Shown: in pieces, positions 48,070-58,350 of the stretch
Position numbering within the stretch: position 1 is the stretch's first letter
Layout of the letters: every line of letters begins with the position of its first letter
Source of the DNA: an uncultured Gammaproteobacteria bacterium
Lineage (GTDB): Bacteria; Pseudomonadota; Gammaproteobacteria; CAVYTG01
Direction: 5' to 3'
Length of the DNA: 64,000 nucleotides
Assembly: GCA_963771515.1 (NCBI GenBank)
Contig: CAVYTG010000001.1
Location: 249,357 to 313,356 of the forward strand
Notes under the pieces: model-generated
The model's input: the letters and a program-made list of their open reading frames with translations, nothing else
What the model was told of the DNA's origin: nothing
Databases searched by the model: none
Position numbers and translations under genes: made by a program

Positions 48070-50181
48070 CTAATCAGATTTATGATATGCTTTTTCTAAT
48101 TTTGAAATTTCTAAAATGACTTGTTTATAGAGAGTAGAAATCGACTTTTCTTCGATCTTTTCTGCTTTAAGCGCTTTTAATAAAAACTGCATGGCGTGAG
48201 TCAAGCTTGATGCGGGAGAAACAACTAAACTCCCATAAAAGCCATGAACTGTAAGATAGAGTTTTTCCCACTGCTTATTTTTGAATGCTGTTTGTAAGCG
48301 TTTTTTCTGTTGAGGTAAAATGCCTATAATGCCGTTTAACATTGTGTTTGCTATGCTTAAATCTCCAGCGTAAAGCTTGTTGGCACAACCTTCCAGGTCG
48401 ATAACTTTTTTAGTGTGATTATCTTGTTTAGTGTGATTATCTTGCTTTGATGGAAGGGAAGATGGTTTTGTGCTTTTTTCTGTTTGTGTGTCAGGAGCTT
48501 GCTCTTTGACAGTAAAGTTTTTTGACATTAAATCTATAAAAAACTTTTCTGTTAGCGGCTTCAAGGCGCCAAGGTTCATTCCAGAATTAATACATCGCTG
48601 CTTTTGAGCTTCATCCATAAATGCGCTTAAACCTACAATTAAAGCAGGTTTTAATCCAGATGTTTCCTCAAGTGTCCGCAAACTGGAAGTTAAGTCTAAG
48701 CCACTTTCATTTTTTAATTCTAGATCACAAAAAATAAGTTCATGTTTTTTCTTTCGATACAGGTCAAGAGTTTGTTGAATATTTTCAGTGACATCTGCTT
48801 CTATTTTGAAGCGTTTTAAGAGGTTTTGTGAGGCGATCGCAGCATAAGGGTTATCTTCAACAATTAAGACTCGAATTTTTGGCAAAATTAGATTTTTGGA
48901 TTCTAGAGCCTTTTCTTCATTAAGAAATGCTATGTAAGCATTTAATTCTTTTTCAGAAGGTTCTTTGATGGGAATAGAGCAAATAAAATTAGTGCCTTCT
49001 TTGGAATTTTCTATTTGAATTTTTCCGGATAAATCTCTTAGGTATTGATCCACAATACTTAAACCAATTCCGAAGCCCATAATTCGGTCGGCCATTTGCT
49101 CTTTATTTTGTTTCGATTTGATTTGGCTAAAACGTTTAAATATTTTTTTTCTTTGCTCTTCTGAAATTCCGCAGCCTGAATCTGCAACCGTTATTTTTAA
49201 TATTTTCTTGTTGTTGGACAACTCAACAAAATCTATCAACAGTTTCACCCATCCTTGTTGAGTAAATTTTACGGCATTACTGATCAAATTCATGATGATA
49301 CGTCGTATTCGATGCGCGTCTCCAACTAAGTAGCTTGGTACTGCCTTTTCACAACTTATTTCAAAGCTCAAGCCTTTTAGTTCTACAGGAGCTTTTGAAG
49401 TCGAGGTAATGGATCCAATAAGATTGTCCAGACTGAAAACTGCTTTGCCAATGGCTATTTTTTTAGATTCTATTTGAGTGGCTTCTATGAGTGAATCAGA
49501 TAGATTTAAAAGCTCTAAACTCAGCCCTTCAATGTTGCTTGCTAATTTTTTATTTTCTTCATATGTAAGTTGCGCGTTCAGCTTTTCTGCCAGACCTATA
49601 ATGCCAATTAGAGGGGTTCTTATATCATGGCTCATGTTTGCTAAAAAAACAGATTTTGCTTTCGTGAGCTCTTCAGCTCTTTTTTTTGCTTTCAATAGCG
49701 CTTCTTCTTGCGCTTTTCTTTCCGTAATGTCTATAGACATGCCAACAACACCGATGACGTTACCTTTATTGTCAAATAAAGGAACTCGGCTAGAAAGATA
49801 GTAGATGGGGTTTCCATTGTTATCGTACAAAGCTGGTTCTTCAACATTCAGTTTGGGCTTTCCTGTAGCCATCACTTCCAAATCGTCTTGTTTAAAGGAT
49901 TCAGCTTGCCCCTCTGTCCAATTGGCGAGTTTACCCATTTTTTCATAGGTGATCCCAACAAAATCTTCTAAGCGTTTTAAGCCAATAAGTTTCAACGTAT
50001 TTTTGTTGCAACCCATGGTAATACAATCACGATTCAGCCAATACACATTATTAGGCATAACGTCTATGATGTTTTGGAAGTATTCTCTAATTCCTTTTGG
50101 ATCGTCTGGATTTTCTGGATAGGTTGTGTAGAGTTTCGCAAGTTTATCCATAGCGGATGGAAGGTGATGAGTATTTTTCAT
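48070..50181 (-). CDS. Hybrid sensor histidine kinase/response regulator (PAS - HisKA - HATPase_c - REC - HPt), cytoplasmic.
   Basis: H-box MSHDIRTPL, N/G boxes (NAVKFT, DSGCGI, GFGIGLSIV), receiver domain (VLIVEDNP...CDLEL), C-terminal HPt-like helix. Confidence 0.8.
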   Translation of the reverse strand: MKNTHHLPSAMDKLAKLYTTYPENPDDPKGIREYFQNIIDVMPNNVYWLNRDCITMGCNKNTLKLIGLKRLEDFVGITYEKMGKLANWTEGQAESFKQDDLEVMATGKPKLNVEEPALYDNNGNPIYYLSSRVPLFDNKGNVIGVVGMSIDITERKAQEEALLKAKKRAEELTKAKSVFLANMSHDIRTPLIGIIGLAEKLNAQLTYEENKKLASNIEGLSLELLNLSDSLIEATQIESKKIAIGKAVFSLDNLIGSITSTSKAPVELKGLSFEISCEKAVPSYLVGDAHRIRRIIMNLISNAVKFTQQGWVKLLIDFVELSNNKKILKITVADSGCGISEEQRKKIFKRFSQIKSKQNKEQMADRIMGFGIGLSIVDQYLRDLSGKIQIENSKEGTNFICSIPIKEPSEKELNAYIAFLNEEKALESKNLILPKIRVLIVEDNPYAAIASQNLLKRFKIEADVTENIQQTLDLYRKKKHELIFCDLELKNESGLDLTSSLRTLEETSGLKPALIVGLSAFMDEAQKQRCINSGMNLGALKPLTEKFFIDLMSKNFTVKEQAPDTQTEKSTKPSSLPSKQDNHTKQDNHTKKVIDLEGCANKLYAGDLSIANTMLNGIIGILPQQKKRLQTAFKNKQWEKLYLTVHGFYGSLVVSPASSLTHAMQFLLKALKAEKIEEKSISTLYKQVILEISKLEKAYHKSD
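48411..48446. repeat. 18-bp x2 in-frame tandem repeat within the kinase REC-HPt linker (encodes KQDNHT KQDNHT).
   Basis: tagtgtgattatcttgtt / tagtgtgattatcttgct read directly. Confidence 0.85.
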
Positions 50182-50393
50182 TTTACAAAACTTAACTGGT
50201 GAGTTGATGGAAGCTTGTTTTTTTTCTAAGTGTAATATAGAATTTCGGCAGGAGATTGTTGAGATTCAAGAACTTAGAAGAAAGGGGGGAGCTTTTATTC
50301 TTAAGTTTTTTAAGTATCATTTATTGACCTTAAATTGACGCCTCTAGTTTAACATAATCAAAATATTTAGCATAGATTGGGAGAAATTATAGT

Positions 50394-51392
50394 ATGAATC
50401 AGATTATGGAATCGTTAAAAAATAATTCACCTTTAACTGGTTATCTTTCAGGGGTTCGAAGAATGCAGGAAGAGGAAAAACAGTTAACAAAGTATTCACA
50501 AAAAAATTTATCGGAGATTCGGAAAATAGAAATCCGGGAAATGCAACCTCAGGAATTAGAGCTTGCAATGAGTTGGGCTGTAGATGAAGGGTGGAATCCT
50601 GGAAAGCATGACCATCTTGCTTATTATCAACAAGACCCTGCTGGTTTTTTAGTTTTGCATTTGAGTGGCCAGCCTATTGGATCAATCTCTATGGTTAGAC
50701 ACAGCAACACATTTGCCTTTATAGGATTATTTATTGTTTTGCCAGAATATCGAAGCCAAGGTTTTGGAAAAATGCTATGGAATGAAGCGCTGAAAAGACT
50801 TGAGACTTTTTCCTCTGTAGGCCTCTATGCTGTTCCTCAACAAATATCTAGGTATCGCAAAAGCGGTTTTTTTGATCGATATGGGGTTAGTCATTTGGAG
50901 TTACCAGAGCTTTCTTCTGCTGGAAGCAGTAGTCCTAACTCATGTTTAGAAGGTATCAATGAAAACAATTTAGATCTTCTTTCAGAATCTGATAAGGTTA
51001 ATTGGGGAAGTAGCAGAGCTTCATTTTTTAATACTTTATTCACAAAAAAAGGAGATGAATGCTACGGTTTTTTATCTTTTGATCAGGAGACAGGTGCAGT
51101 GAATGGTTATGGCATTGCTAGACCTTGCCAGGAAGGCTTTAGAGTTGGGCCTTTATATGCAAAATCTTTTGAATGTGCAAAAAACTTGGTAGATCAATTG
51201 CTTTCATGCCTGGATCAGGGGACAAAGGTCATCTTTGATGTGCCTGAGAGGAATGAATTCTCAGCAATGTTTGCCGAATATTTTAACCTGAATTTGGTAA
51301 ATGAAGCCTGTACCCAGGCTATGTTCAAAGGAGGGGAAACTGAAACCAGGACAAATATTTGTTATGGTTTGCTTTCCCTTGAAATTGGATGA
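50394..51392 (+). CDS. GNAT-family N-acyltransferase-like protein (probably two GNAT-like halves).
   Basis: Acetyl-CoA binding-like RSQGFGKMLW; immediately upstream (4-bp gap) of the NRPS-like gene. Confidence 0.5.
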   Translation: MNQIMESLKNNSPLTGYLSGVRRMQEEEKQLTKYSQKNLSEIRKIEIREMQPQELELAMSWAVDEGWNPGKHDHLAYYQQDPAGFLVLHLSGQPIGSISMVRHSNTFAFIGLFIVLPEYRSQGFGKMLWNEALKRLETFSSVGLYAVPQQISRYRKSGFFDRYGVSHLELPELSSAGSSSPNSCLEGINENNLDLLSESDKVNWGSSRASFFNTLFTKKGDECYGFLSFDQETGAVNGYGIARPCQEGFRVGPLYAKSFECAKNLVDQLLSCLDQGTKVIFDVPERNEFSAMFAEYFNLNLVNEACTQAMFKGGETETRTNICYGLLSLEIG

Positions 51393-51395
51393 TTT

Positions 51396-53969
51396 ATGGT
51401 GTCTTCTACCCAATCTATTTTTATGTTATCAGGGAAAACTTATCCATATGATCGGAATCACTCTATCTTGGCTTTTATTAAAAGTGCAGCGTTAGATCAA
51501 TCTAAACCTGCATTGATCGATGCTCAAGAAAATTTTGATTATCAATCATTGATTCCGATCGTTGCTTCTGTTGCTAACCAACTAAAAGCATTGAAAATTA
51601 GTCAGGGAGATCGGGTTGCTATTTTAGCGCCTCCTTCCTCTCGATTAATTCTTTTAATGCTTGGTATTTTAGAGCTTGGGGCAAGCTATGTACCGATAGA
51701 CCCAAGTTATCCAGAGGAGCGCATTGGACATATTTTGGAAGACAGTCAGCCGAGTTGTTTAGTTGTCTCAGCAGAAACCGATAGCCTGGTTAATGAAACC
51801 CTATGGGATTTTCATTCGCTTCGAATCGAAGCCATTGATTTCACGCCTTGTGAAAAATCAGCTCAAATGCACGAGCGTGTGGATAGCTTATCTTTAGGAA
51901 ATGATCCTGCCTACATCATATATACCTCAGGAACAACAGGGAAACCTAAAGGCATTGTTATTCCACATCAAGCGATATCCAATCATATGCTTTGGATGGC
52001 AGAAGAATTTACATTAACGTCAGAGGATGTTTTTTTGCTGAAAACTCCTCTCACGTTTGATCCATCAGTATGGGAAATTTTTCTCCCCTTATTTTTAGGG
52101 GCAACCCTGGTGGTTGCACCTATGGAGACACATAAGAACCCTGATAAAATAGTGGATATTATTGAGCAATATAAAGTGTCTATTCTTCAGTTAGTTCCTT
52201 CTATTTTACATGGATTTTTAAATTTTTCTGACTTAAAAGATATGACTTCCTTGAGGTATATTTTTGTTGGGGGAGAAAGTCTAACGCCTTCAACTAAAAA
52301 GCTATTCTTTGAAAAAATACATTGTCCTTTAGTGAATTTATATGGGCCAGCTGAAGCAACTATTGATAGTACCTTTCATGTTGTAGGCTCTGATAAGCAT
52401 GAGCAAGAGAGAAACTATATAGGGAAGCCAATTTATAATGCAGCCGTATATATTTTGGATAACAATTTGATGCCGGTTAAAGAGGGCGAAGTAGGGGAGC
52501 TGTTTATCGGAGGAGATGGGTTGGCAGTTGGATATTTAAATCGGCCTGAATTAAATGATCAATGTTTTCTGGAAAATCCTTTTAAGCCTAAGTCCAAATT
52601 TTATAAGACGGGAGATTTGGTTAAATTGGTTGATGGAAAGCTAGAGTTTATTGGAAGGGTAGATCACCAGTTAAAAATCAATGGAGTGAGAATAGAAACC
52701 AATGCGCTTCGAGACGTTATATTGAGTGTAGATGAGAATATTTACGATTGCTTATTTGAAAAACAGGTGCATGATATTTATCAATACAGTACGTTGATTT
52801 GCTATATCCTTACAAAAAATGAAGAGACTGCTGTAGATTTAAGTTTGATTAAATCAAGGCTAAAAAAGCAGTTTCCTTCCTATATGCTGCCTCAAAAGTA
52901 TTATTTTAGCGTATCTTCAGAGTTGTCAGAACATGGTAAAATCAATTTTAATAAAATTAAGCAAGCAACAAAATTCAAACAAGAAGAAAGCTTTTCTCAG
53001 ATGGAATCAACTAAAGCTGCGTTGTTTGAGATTTGGGAGCGTGTTTTAAGTACTAAAATTCCAGATGAAACGACAGGTTTTTATGAGTTGGGAGGAGATT
53101 CAATTACCAGCCATATTCTTTCCTATGAAATTAGTGAGCGCTTCTCAATAGAGTTTAAGCCCTTATTGGTGCTCAATTACGATACCATTGAAAAACAGCA
53201 TGCATTAATAACCCAGCCTAATGCTATGCTTTCTCCAAATTCTGGTTGCCTAGCTTCTATGAATTCTGAAAATGTTAGAAAACTGTTTTTTGTTCATCCC
53301 ATTGGGGGAACAATATTTTGGTACACACATTTAGCAAAATTATTGGATGGTAAGGTTCAGCTTTATGGGATACAGGACCCAGAGATTATTGATATTTCAC
53401 AGGAATTTAAGACCATAGAAGAGATGGCGATTTGTTATGCAGAGCTCATATTAAAAGAGCAAACTAAGGGGCCCTTTCTGATAGGGGGAGCTTCTTTTGG
53501 TGGGACAGTTGCCATAGAAATGGCGCGCTACCTTGATCGTTTGGGGCATAAGATAGACCAGGTTTTATTGTTGGATGCTTGGGCGGTTTATCCTAATGAG
53601 TTAAAAGATATCGATTATTTTAAATCGTCCATGAGAAGGCAGCAAAAGGATTGGGTAGATCAATTTAATCGTTCCCATGCTGAGGTTGATTTCTTCCAAG
53701 ATATCTTTAACGTTCAGCTTCAGCGTCTAGAAATGCTATTTCATTACAAGCAAAAGCCTTTCCCTTTTAATGTGAAGTTATTTAAGGCGCAAGAATTGAT
53801 ATCTATTTTTCAATTTGGGGATTCTGCTTCAAATTATTGGGATCAGTATATAAAAAATCTGGAGGTTTCTGTGGTTCCTGGAAATCATGAAACCATGTTT
53901 TTACCTCCTAATGTCAAAATGCTTTCCGATGAAATAGAGCGGGTGGTTTTTTCTAAAGAAGGTTTGTAG
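51396..53969 (+). CDS. Stand-alone NRPS-like enzyme: adenylation domain - peptidyl carrier protein - thioesterase (A-PCP-TE), no condensation domain.
   Basis: A-domain cores YTSGTTGKPKG, YKTGDLVK, GRVDHQLKINGVRIE; PCP LGGDSITS; TE GxSxG (GASFGG). Confidence 0.8.
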   Translation: MVSSTQSIFMLSGKTYPYDRNHSILAFIKSAALDQSKPALIDAQENFDYQSLIPIVASVANQLKALKISQGDRVAILAPPSSRLILLMLGILELGASYVPIDPSYPEERIGHILEDSQPSCLVVSAETDSLVNETLWDFHSLRIEAIDFTPCEKSAQMHERVDSLSLGNDPAYIIYTSGTTGKPKGIVIPHQAISNHMLWMAEEFTLTSEDVFLLKTPLTFDPSVWEIFLPLFLGATLVVAPMETHKNPDKIVDIIEQYKVSILQLVPSILHGFLNFSDLKDMTSLRYIFVGGESLTPSTKKLFFEKIHCPLVNLYGPAEATIDSTFHVVGSDKHEQERNYIGKPIYNAAVYILDNNLMPVKEGEVGELFIGGDGLAVGYLNRPELNDQCFLENPFKPKSKFYKTGDLVKLVDGKLEFIGRVDHQLKINGVRIETNALRDVILSVDENIYDCLFEKQVHDIYQYSTLICYILTKNEETAVDLSLIKSRLKKQFPSYMLPQKYYFSVSSELSEHGKINFNKIKQATKFKQEESFSQMESTKAALFEIWERVLSTKIPDETTGFYELGGDSITSHILSYEISERFSIEFKPLLVLNYDTIEKQHALITQPNAMLSPNSGCLASMNSENVRKLFFVHPIGGTIFWYTHLAKLLDGKVQLYGIQDPEIIDISQEFKTIEEMAICYAELILKEQTKGPFLIGGASFGGTVAIEMARYLDRLGHKIDQVLLLDAWAVYPNELKDIDYFKSSMRRQQKDWVDQFNRSHAEVDFFQDIFNVQLQRLEMLFHYKQKPFPFNVKLFKAQELISIFQFGDSASNYWDQYIKNLEVSVVPGNHETMFLPPNVKMLSDEIERVVFSKEGL

Positions 53970-53985
53970 AAAACTGAAATGATTA

Positions 53986-54146
53986 GAGAGTATCGTCACG
54001 AGATTTTTTAGCCACAAACTGCGTATAGTGTGGCAAATTTTAAGCAAGTTTTCGTCACATATGCTTGATATGCTTCCTCAAACTTGCTTAAAATTTGCCG
54101 ACACTACCTACAGCTTGTGACTAAAAAATCTCGTGACGACACTCTC
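53986..54146. repeat. AT-rich MITE/REP-like element, full copy with 32-bp TIRs (gagagtatcgtcacgagattttttagccacaa / ttgtgactaaaaaatctcgtgacgacactctc) and a diverged core (ctgcgtatagtgtggcaaatttt...atatgcttcctcaaacttgc).
   Basis: Between convergent NRPS-like and ATPase genes; core collinear with 23038 and 26302. Confidence 0.75.
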
Positions 54147-54156
54147 TAGGACGTAT

Positions 54157-56142
54157 TTATATTTTTTTCTTCAAAAGCTGTGCATTAATTGCAACGATCA
54201 CAGTGCTTAAGCTCATAAGCACAGCGCCAACAGCTGGGTTTAACAACCATCCTGTTGAATGATACAAAACGCCTGCGGCCAGCGGTAAAGCAATGGCATT
54301 GTAACCGGTTGCCCAAACCAAATTTTGCACCATCTTTTGGTAAGCAGCTTTGCCGAAAAGAATCAGTGCTGCGATATCTTTAGGGTTGCTTTCAACCAGA
54401 ATGATATCTGCCGTTTCGCTGGCTACGTCTGTGCCTGAACCAATCGCAATGCCGACATTGGCTTGAGCGAGGGCAGGGGCATCATTCACACCATCGCCTG
54501 TCATGGCAACAAACTCTCCTTCAGATTGGAATGTTTTAATGATCTCAAGTTTTTGATCGGGTAGTACATCGGCATAAAACCCATCCAGATTTAAGGTGTC
54601 ACTGACTGATTTGGCTGTCTCTGGATTATCTCCGGTAATCATCATCAATCGAATACCACTGCGTTTCAAGGTTTTCACAGCCTCGAAGCTTTCGGGACGT
54701 ATTTGATCAGCCAGTGCAATCCATCCGGCTAATACATCATTGATCAACACAAACACCAGCGTTGAACCTGCCTGATTAGAAAGTGCCTGAGTCGGAATAT
54801 CCATCTTTTTCTCTTTCAGAAAACCTGGGCTGACGATTTGAATTGCTTGATCTTCTATCAAACCAGAGATCCCTTTACCAGGAATAGCCTGGAATTTTTT
54901 AACTTGAGGTAAGGAAAACTTTTGTGTTTCAGCTGCGAGATGAAATGCTGAGGCAATCGGGTGTTCTGAATGTTGCTCGATTGCGCATGCAAATTTTAGG
55001 ATGGTTTCTTTGGTGTGATGAGAGGACAAGGATTCATAGTGGGTGATGCCGAACTGACCCTTCGTCAAAGTGCCTGTTTTGTCAAAAGCTAGCAGGGTGA
55101 TTTTTCTTGAGTCTTCAAATGCAGCGCGGTTTCGAATGAGTAAACCATGCTGGGCAGAAAGGGCTGTTGAGATGGCTGCAACCAAAGGTATTGCTAACCC
55201 CAAAGCGTGAGGGCAGGAAATGACCATGACGGTAACCATGCGCTCTAATGCAAAGGCGAATGCATAGCCTAGACTTGCCCAGATGATTAAGGTGAAAACA
55301 CCTGCGCTTAATGAAATAAATGTAAGCCACCGTGCCGCTTTGTCCGCCAATCGTTGGGTTTTAGATTTGGTTTTTTGCGCATCTTGAACCAGCTGGATAA
55401 CTTTCGAGAGATACGCTTCTTTCCCAGTTCGTTTGACTTGTATTTTCAGGGAGCCTTGTCCATTGATAGAGCCTCCAATGACCATGCTGCCTTTGGTTTT
55501 TTTGATGGGCTTTGATTCCCCTGTGAGCATAGACTCATTGATATGACTTTCCCCTTCCACTAAAGTGCCATCTGCGGGGATCTTTTCTCCTGGTTTAATG
55601 AGCAGGAGGTCGTCTACCTGGATATCATCGAGTTTAATGTCCTGAATTTGATTGCCAGAAATGCGATGAGCCTCTGAGGGCATCATCTTGATCAAAAATT
55701 CGAGTGAGCGAGAAGCACCCAGAATCGATCGCATCTCAATCCAGTGGCCGATCAGCATAATGTCGATTAAGGTAGCTAACTCCCAGAAAAATTCATTCCC
55801 TTTCAGACCAAACACAATGGCTGTGCTATAAAAATAGGCAACGGAGATTGCCAGGCCAATCAATGTCATCATGCCTGGATTTTTATCTTTCAGTTCATTC
55901 ACCAGCCCTTTTAGAAAAGGCCACCCACCATAGAGATAGATGACGGAAGAGAGCAAGAAAGAAATTTGCAGCATGTAAGGAAATACCCATGAAACGCCAA
56001 AAAACATTTGAATCATGGGAGAAAATATCAGCACAGGGATCGTTAGGAATAGGGAAACCCAGAAACGTTTCCTGAAATCTTGAATCATCATGCGATGATG
56101 CGTATGGGTCTTTTCTATGTCTTGCTTCATTTGTTTAGCCAC
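54157..56142 (-). CDS. P1B-type heavy-metal-translocating ATPase lacking an N-terminal HMA domain (CPH motif, CopB-like), His-rich N-terminus.
   Basis: CPH in TM6, DKTGTLT phosphorylation site, GDGVNDAPAL hinge, N-terminal HTHH. Confidence 0.85.
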   Translation of the reverse strand: MAKQMKQDIEKTHTHHRMMIQDFRKRFWVSLFLTIPVLIFSPMIQMFFGVSWVFPYMLQISFLLSSVIYLYGGWPFLKGLVNELKDKNPGMMTLIGLAISVAYFYSTAIVFGLKGNEFFWELATLIDIMLIGHWIEMRSILGASRSLEFLIKMMPSEAHRISGNQIQDIKLDDIQVDDLLLIKPGEKIPADGTLVEGESHINESMLTGESKPIKKTKGSMVIGGSINGQGSLKIQVKRTGKEAYLSKVIQLVQDAQKTKSKTQRLADKAARWLTFISLSAGVFTLIIWASLGYAFAFALERMVTVMVISCPHALGLAIPLVAAISTALSAQHGLLIRNRAAFEDSRKITLLAFDKTGTLTKGQFGITHYESLSSHHTKETILKFACAIEQHSEHPIASAFHLAAETQKFSLPQVKKFQAIPGKGISGLIEDQAIQIVSPGFLKEKKMDIPTQALSNQAGSTLVFVLINDVLAGWIALADQIRPESFEAVKTLKRSGIRLMMITGDNPETAKSVSDTLNLDGFYADVLPDQKLEIIKTFQSEGEFVAMTGDGVNDAPALAQANVGIAIGSGTDVASETADIILVESNPKDIAALILFGKAAYQKMVQNLVWATGYNAIALPLAAGVLYHSTGWLLNPAVGAVLMSLSTVIVAINAQLLKKKI

Positions 56143-57017
56143 GCTTCAATGGTTTGAAGTTGGGTTAGGTTGGCCAGTAATGGGGCATGCCCAGTATTAG
56201 GTACTTCGATCACCTCCATATGGGCGTGTGACTGCTGCATTTTTTCAACCGTGGAGGGTAATAAAATTTCGGAAAACTGTCCGCGAATCAGCAGTACGGG
56301 ACATTTGATTTTATGCCAAACTTCCCACAAATTGATATCCATCTCAGTGCCTTTGAGGGTTTTAATTGGATGAGCCAGTTTTAATATCCATTTCATTTGG
56401 TTTGAAAATACCTTGATGTCGGGATCCATTTTCAATAAATAATGTCCTGTTGAATTTTGATGGATGCTAAATTTTGTAATGGCTTGCCATTGCTGTTCTG
56501 TCAGATGACCAAAAGATGCATATCGGGTTTTGATATACTTTTCAGCGTCTTCAATGGAGTCGAATAACGGATTGGTTCCTACATAAGCGGTAAACTTAGA
56601 CAGTGCTCTTCCAGGAATATGGGGGCCAATGTCATTCAAGACCAGCTTACGGATGGGGCTTTGGGGCATAGAGGCCATAATCATGCCGATTACCCCACCC
56701 ATTGAAGTGCCAACCCAGTCAACTTTCGGGTAAAGGGTTCTGGCAACGAGTGCGTTCATATCTGAAATATATTGCTCAAATGTGTAATGTTCAGGATTAG
56801 AAAGCCAGTCACTATCCCCGCGTCCTACCACGTCTGGGCAAAACACATGCTTTTCTCTTCGACTCAAAAAATCCGCCAACACATCAAAATCATGCCGATT
56901 TCGGCTTAATCCATGCACACAAATAATCGGTACACCCGAAGATGCCTTACCCCATTCAGAGTAACCAATCCGGTGAAATCCTTCAATTGAAAGCCCTAAG
57001 CAATAATTTTGTTTCAC
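56127..57017 (-). CDS. Alpha/beta-fold hydrolase, co-transcribed with the ATPase (16-bp overlap).
   Basis: Nucleophile elbow GTSMGG; HG oxyanion motif (ICVHGLS). Confidence 0.7.
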   Translation of the reverse strand: MKQNYCLGLSIEGFHRIGYSEWGKASSGVPIICVHGLSRNRHDFDVLADFLSRREKHVFCPDVVGRGDSDWLSNPEHYTFEQYISDMNALVARTLYPKVDWVGTSMGGVIGMIMASMPQSPIRKLVLNDIGPHIPGRALSKFTAYVGTNPLFDSIEDAEKYIKTRYASFGHLTEQQWQAITKFSIHQNSTGHYLLKMDPDIKVFSNQMKWILKLAHPIKTLKGTEMDINLWEVWHKIKCPVLLIRGQFSEILLPSTVEKMQQSHAHMEVIEVPNTGHAPLLANLTQLQTIEAWLNK

Positions 57018-57200
57018 CTTATCTCTTCCTCGTTGGTGGTTTGATGGCCATTCAGTACTGAATAATAAAAGCAGATTGTTTTATTTATTTGGTATTGTAT
57101 TTATCATTATATATGAGCGCACAGCAACCTGCTGATTGAAATTTTTCAAGCAAAATGGTTGACCATTTAGAGGGATAGCAGTAGTATGTCTATTCTTAAT

Positions 57201-57275
57201 TCCCCGGTAGCTCAGCGGTAGAGCAGGAGACTGTTAATCTCTTGGTCGGCGGTTCGATCCCGTCCCGGGGAGCCA
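57201..57275 (+). tRNA. tRNA-Asn (anticodon GTT).
   Basis: Cloverleaf folds manually: acceptor TCCCCGG/CCGGGGA, anticodon loop CUGUUAA, T-loop GGTTCGATCC, 3' CCA encoded. Confidence 0.9.
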
Positions 57276-57591
57276 CTAAAATCAAGGGTTTGAGACACTT
57301 CCCCTTGAATCCGTAAAAGTCGTCTTCGCGACTTTTGCGCGACTTCCCAAGTTTCCCCATTTCAAGATCGTAAGAACAGCCGGCGGGTCTTTCCCAAAAA
57401 CGGGAGCATTTTACCTAACCATACAACACTCTAACCCTTAATCGATATCTCTAAACCCATAAGCTCTGCGTTGAATGAGCTTGCTAAAGTGACCCCTTAT
57501 TTGGGGAGAGCCGGAGTGTTCTATAATTATTTAATTCAATAATTGAGATGGTTTATAGACTGTTTTTGCTAGAGAATATTTTTGAAATTGT

Positions 57592-58314
57592 TTGGAAGGA
57601 TTGATTATGTCACAGGATGAAGGATCGATTTGGGAGCGCCAAAAAATAAATCAAACTTTTTTAGATAAAGCGACATTAGTAGCTTCTGGTTCCGCACTGG
57701 GCTTTTCCTTGGCTTTTTTAAAAAATCTTCATTTTATAACATCAAAATGTTTAGTTTGGCTGCTGGTTGCTTCTTGGTTATGTTTTTGCTTTTCTCTAGT
57801 GTGTAATATTTGCAATTTATATATGAGCGCAAGCGCAGGTAGTAAGGAAAATATTGATTCCGATGAGAAACGGCGTATAAATAAAAAAACTCGATGTTTA
57901 AATTTCTCTAGTGTTTTTTTGTTTATCGCTGGCTTATTGTTCTTAACCTTATTTGCAACATCTAGCTTAATTTTTGCTACATATCAATTTGGAGAGCGCA
58001 AAATTGAAATAGTAGACATTGCTGCTAGAGAGACAGTTATAGGAATTGAAGGAGAAAAAACTAATAAAAAAAATCAAGGAAATGGTTTTTCACAACTTGA
58101 AATAGAGAAATTTCCGAAAAAATTATTGAATAGGAGTCCTTCTGACTATAAAAAGGGAGCAGTTGAGCCCTTTCCATCTGAGAGAAGAGTGCCTGGAACA
58201 GAAAAATCTTCAAAAAAATCATTTAATAGAATTCCTTCCAGCTCAAGGAAAGAGCTATTGCCAATCCCTCCTATGAAAATGGCAGTGGAGCCTTTTCCAA
58301 GGGATGATAACTAA
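57592..58314 (+). CDS. Hypothetical membrane protein with several TM segments and two C-terminal VEPFP repeats.
   Basis: ORF with hydrophobic segments; no known domain. Confidence 0.4.
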   Translation: MEGLIMSQDEGSIWERQKINQTFLDKATLVASGSALGFSLAFLKNLHFITSKCLVWLLVASWLCFCFSLVCNICNLYMSASAGSKENIDSDEKRRINKKTRCLNFSSVFLFIAGLLFLTLFATSSLIFATYQFGERKIEIVDIAARETVIGIEGEKTNKKNQGNGFSQLEIEKFPKKLLNRSPSDYKKGAVEPFPSERRVPGTEKSSKKSFNRIPSSSRKELLPIPPMKMAVEPFPRDDN

Positions 58315-58350
58315 GTCTCTAGAGCTTACATGAAATAAGGAAGCGATAAA

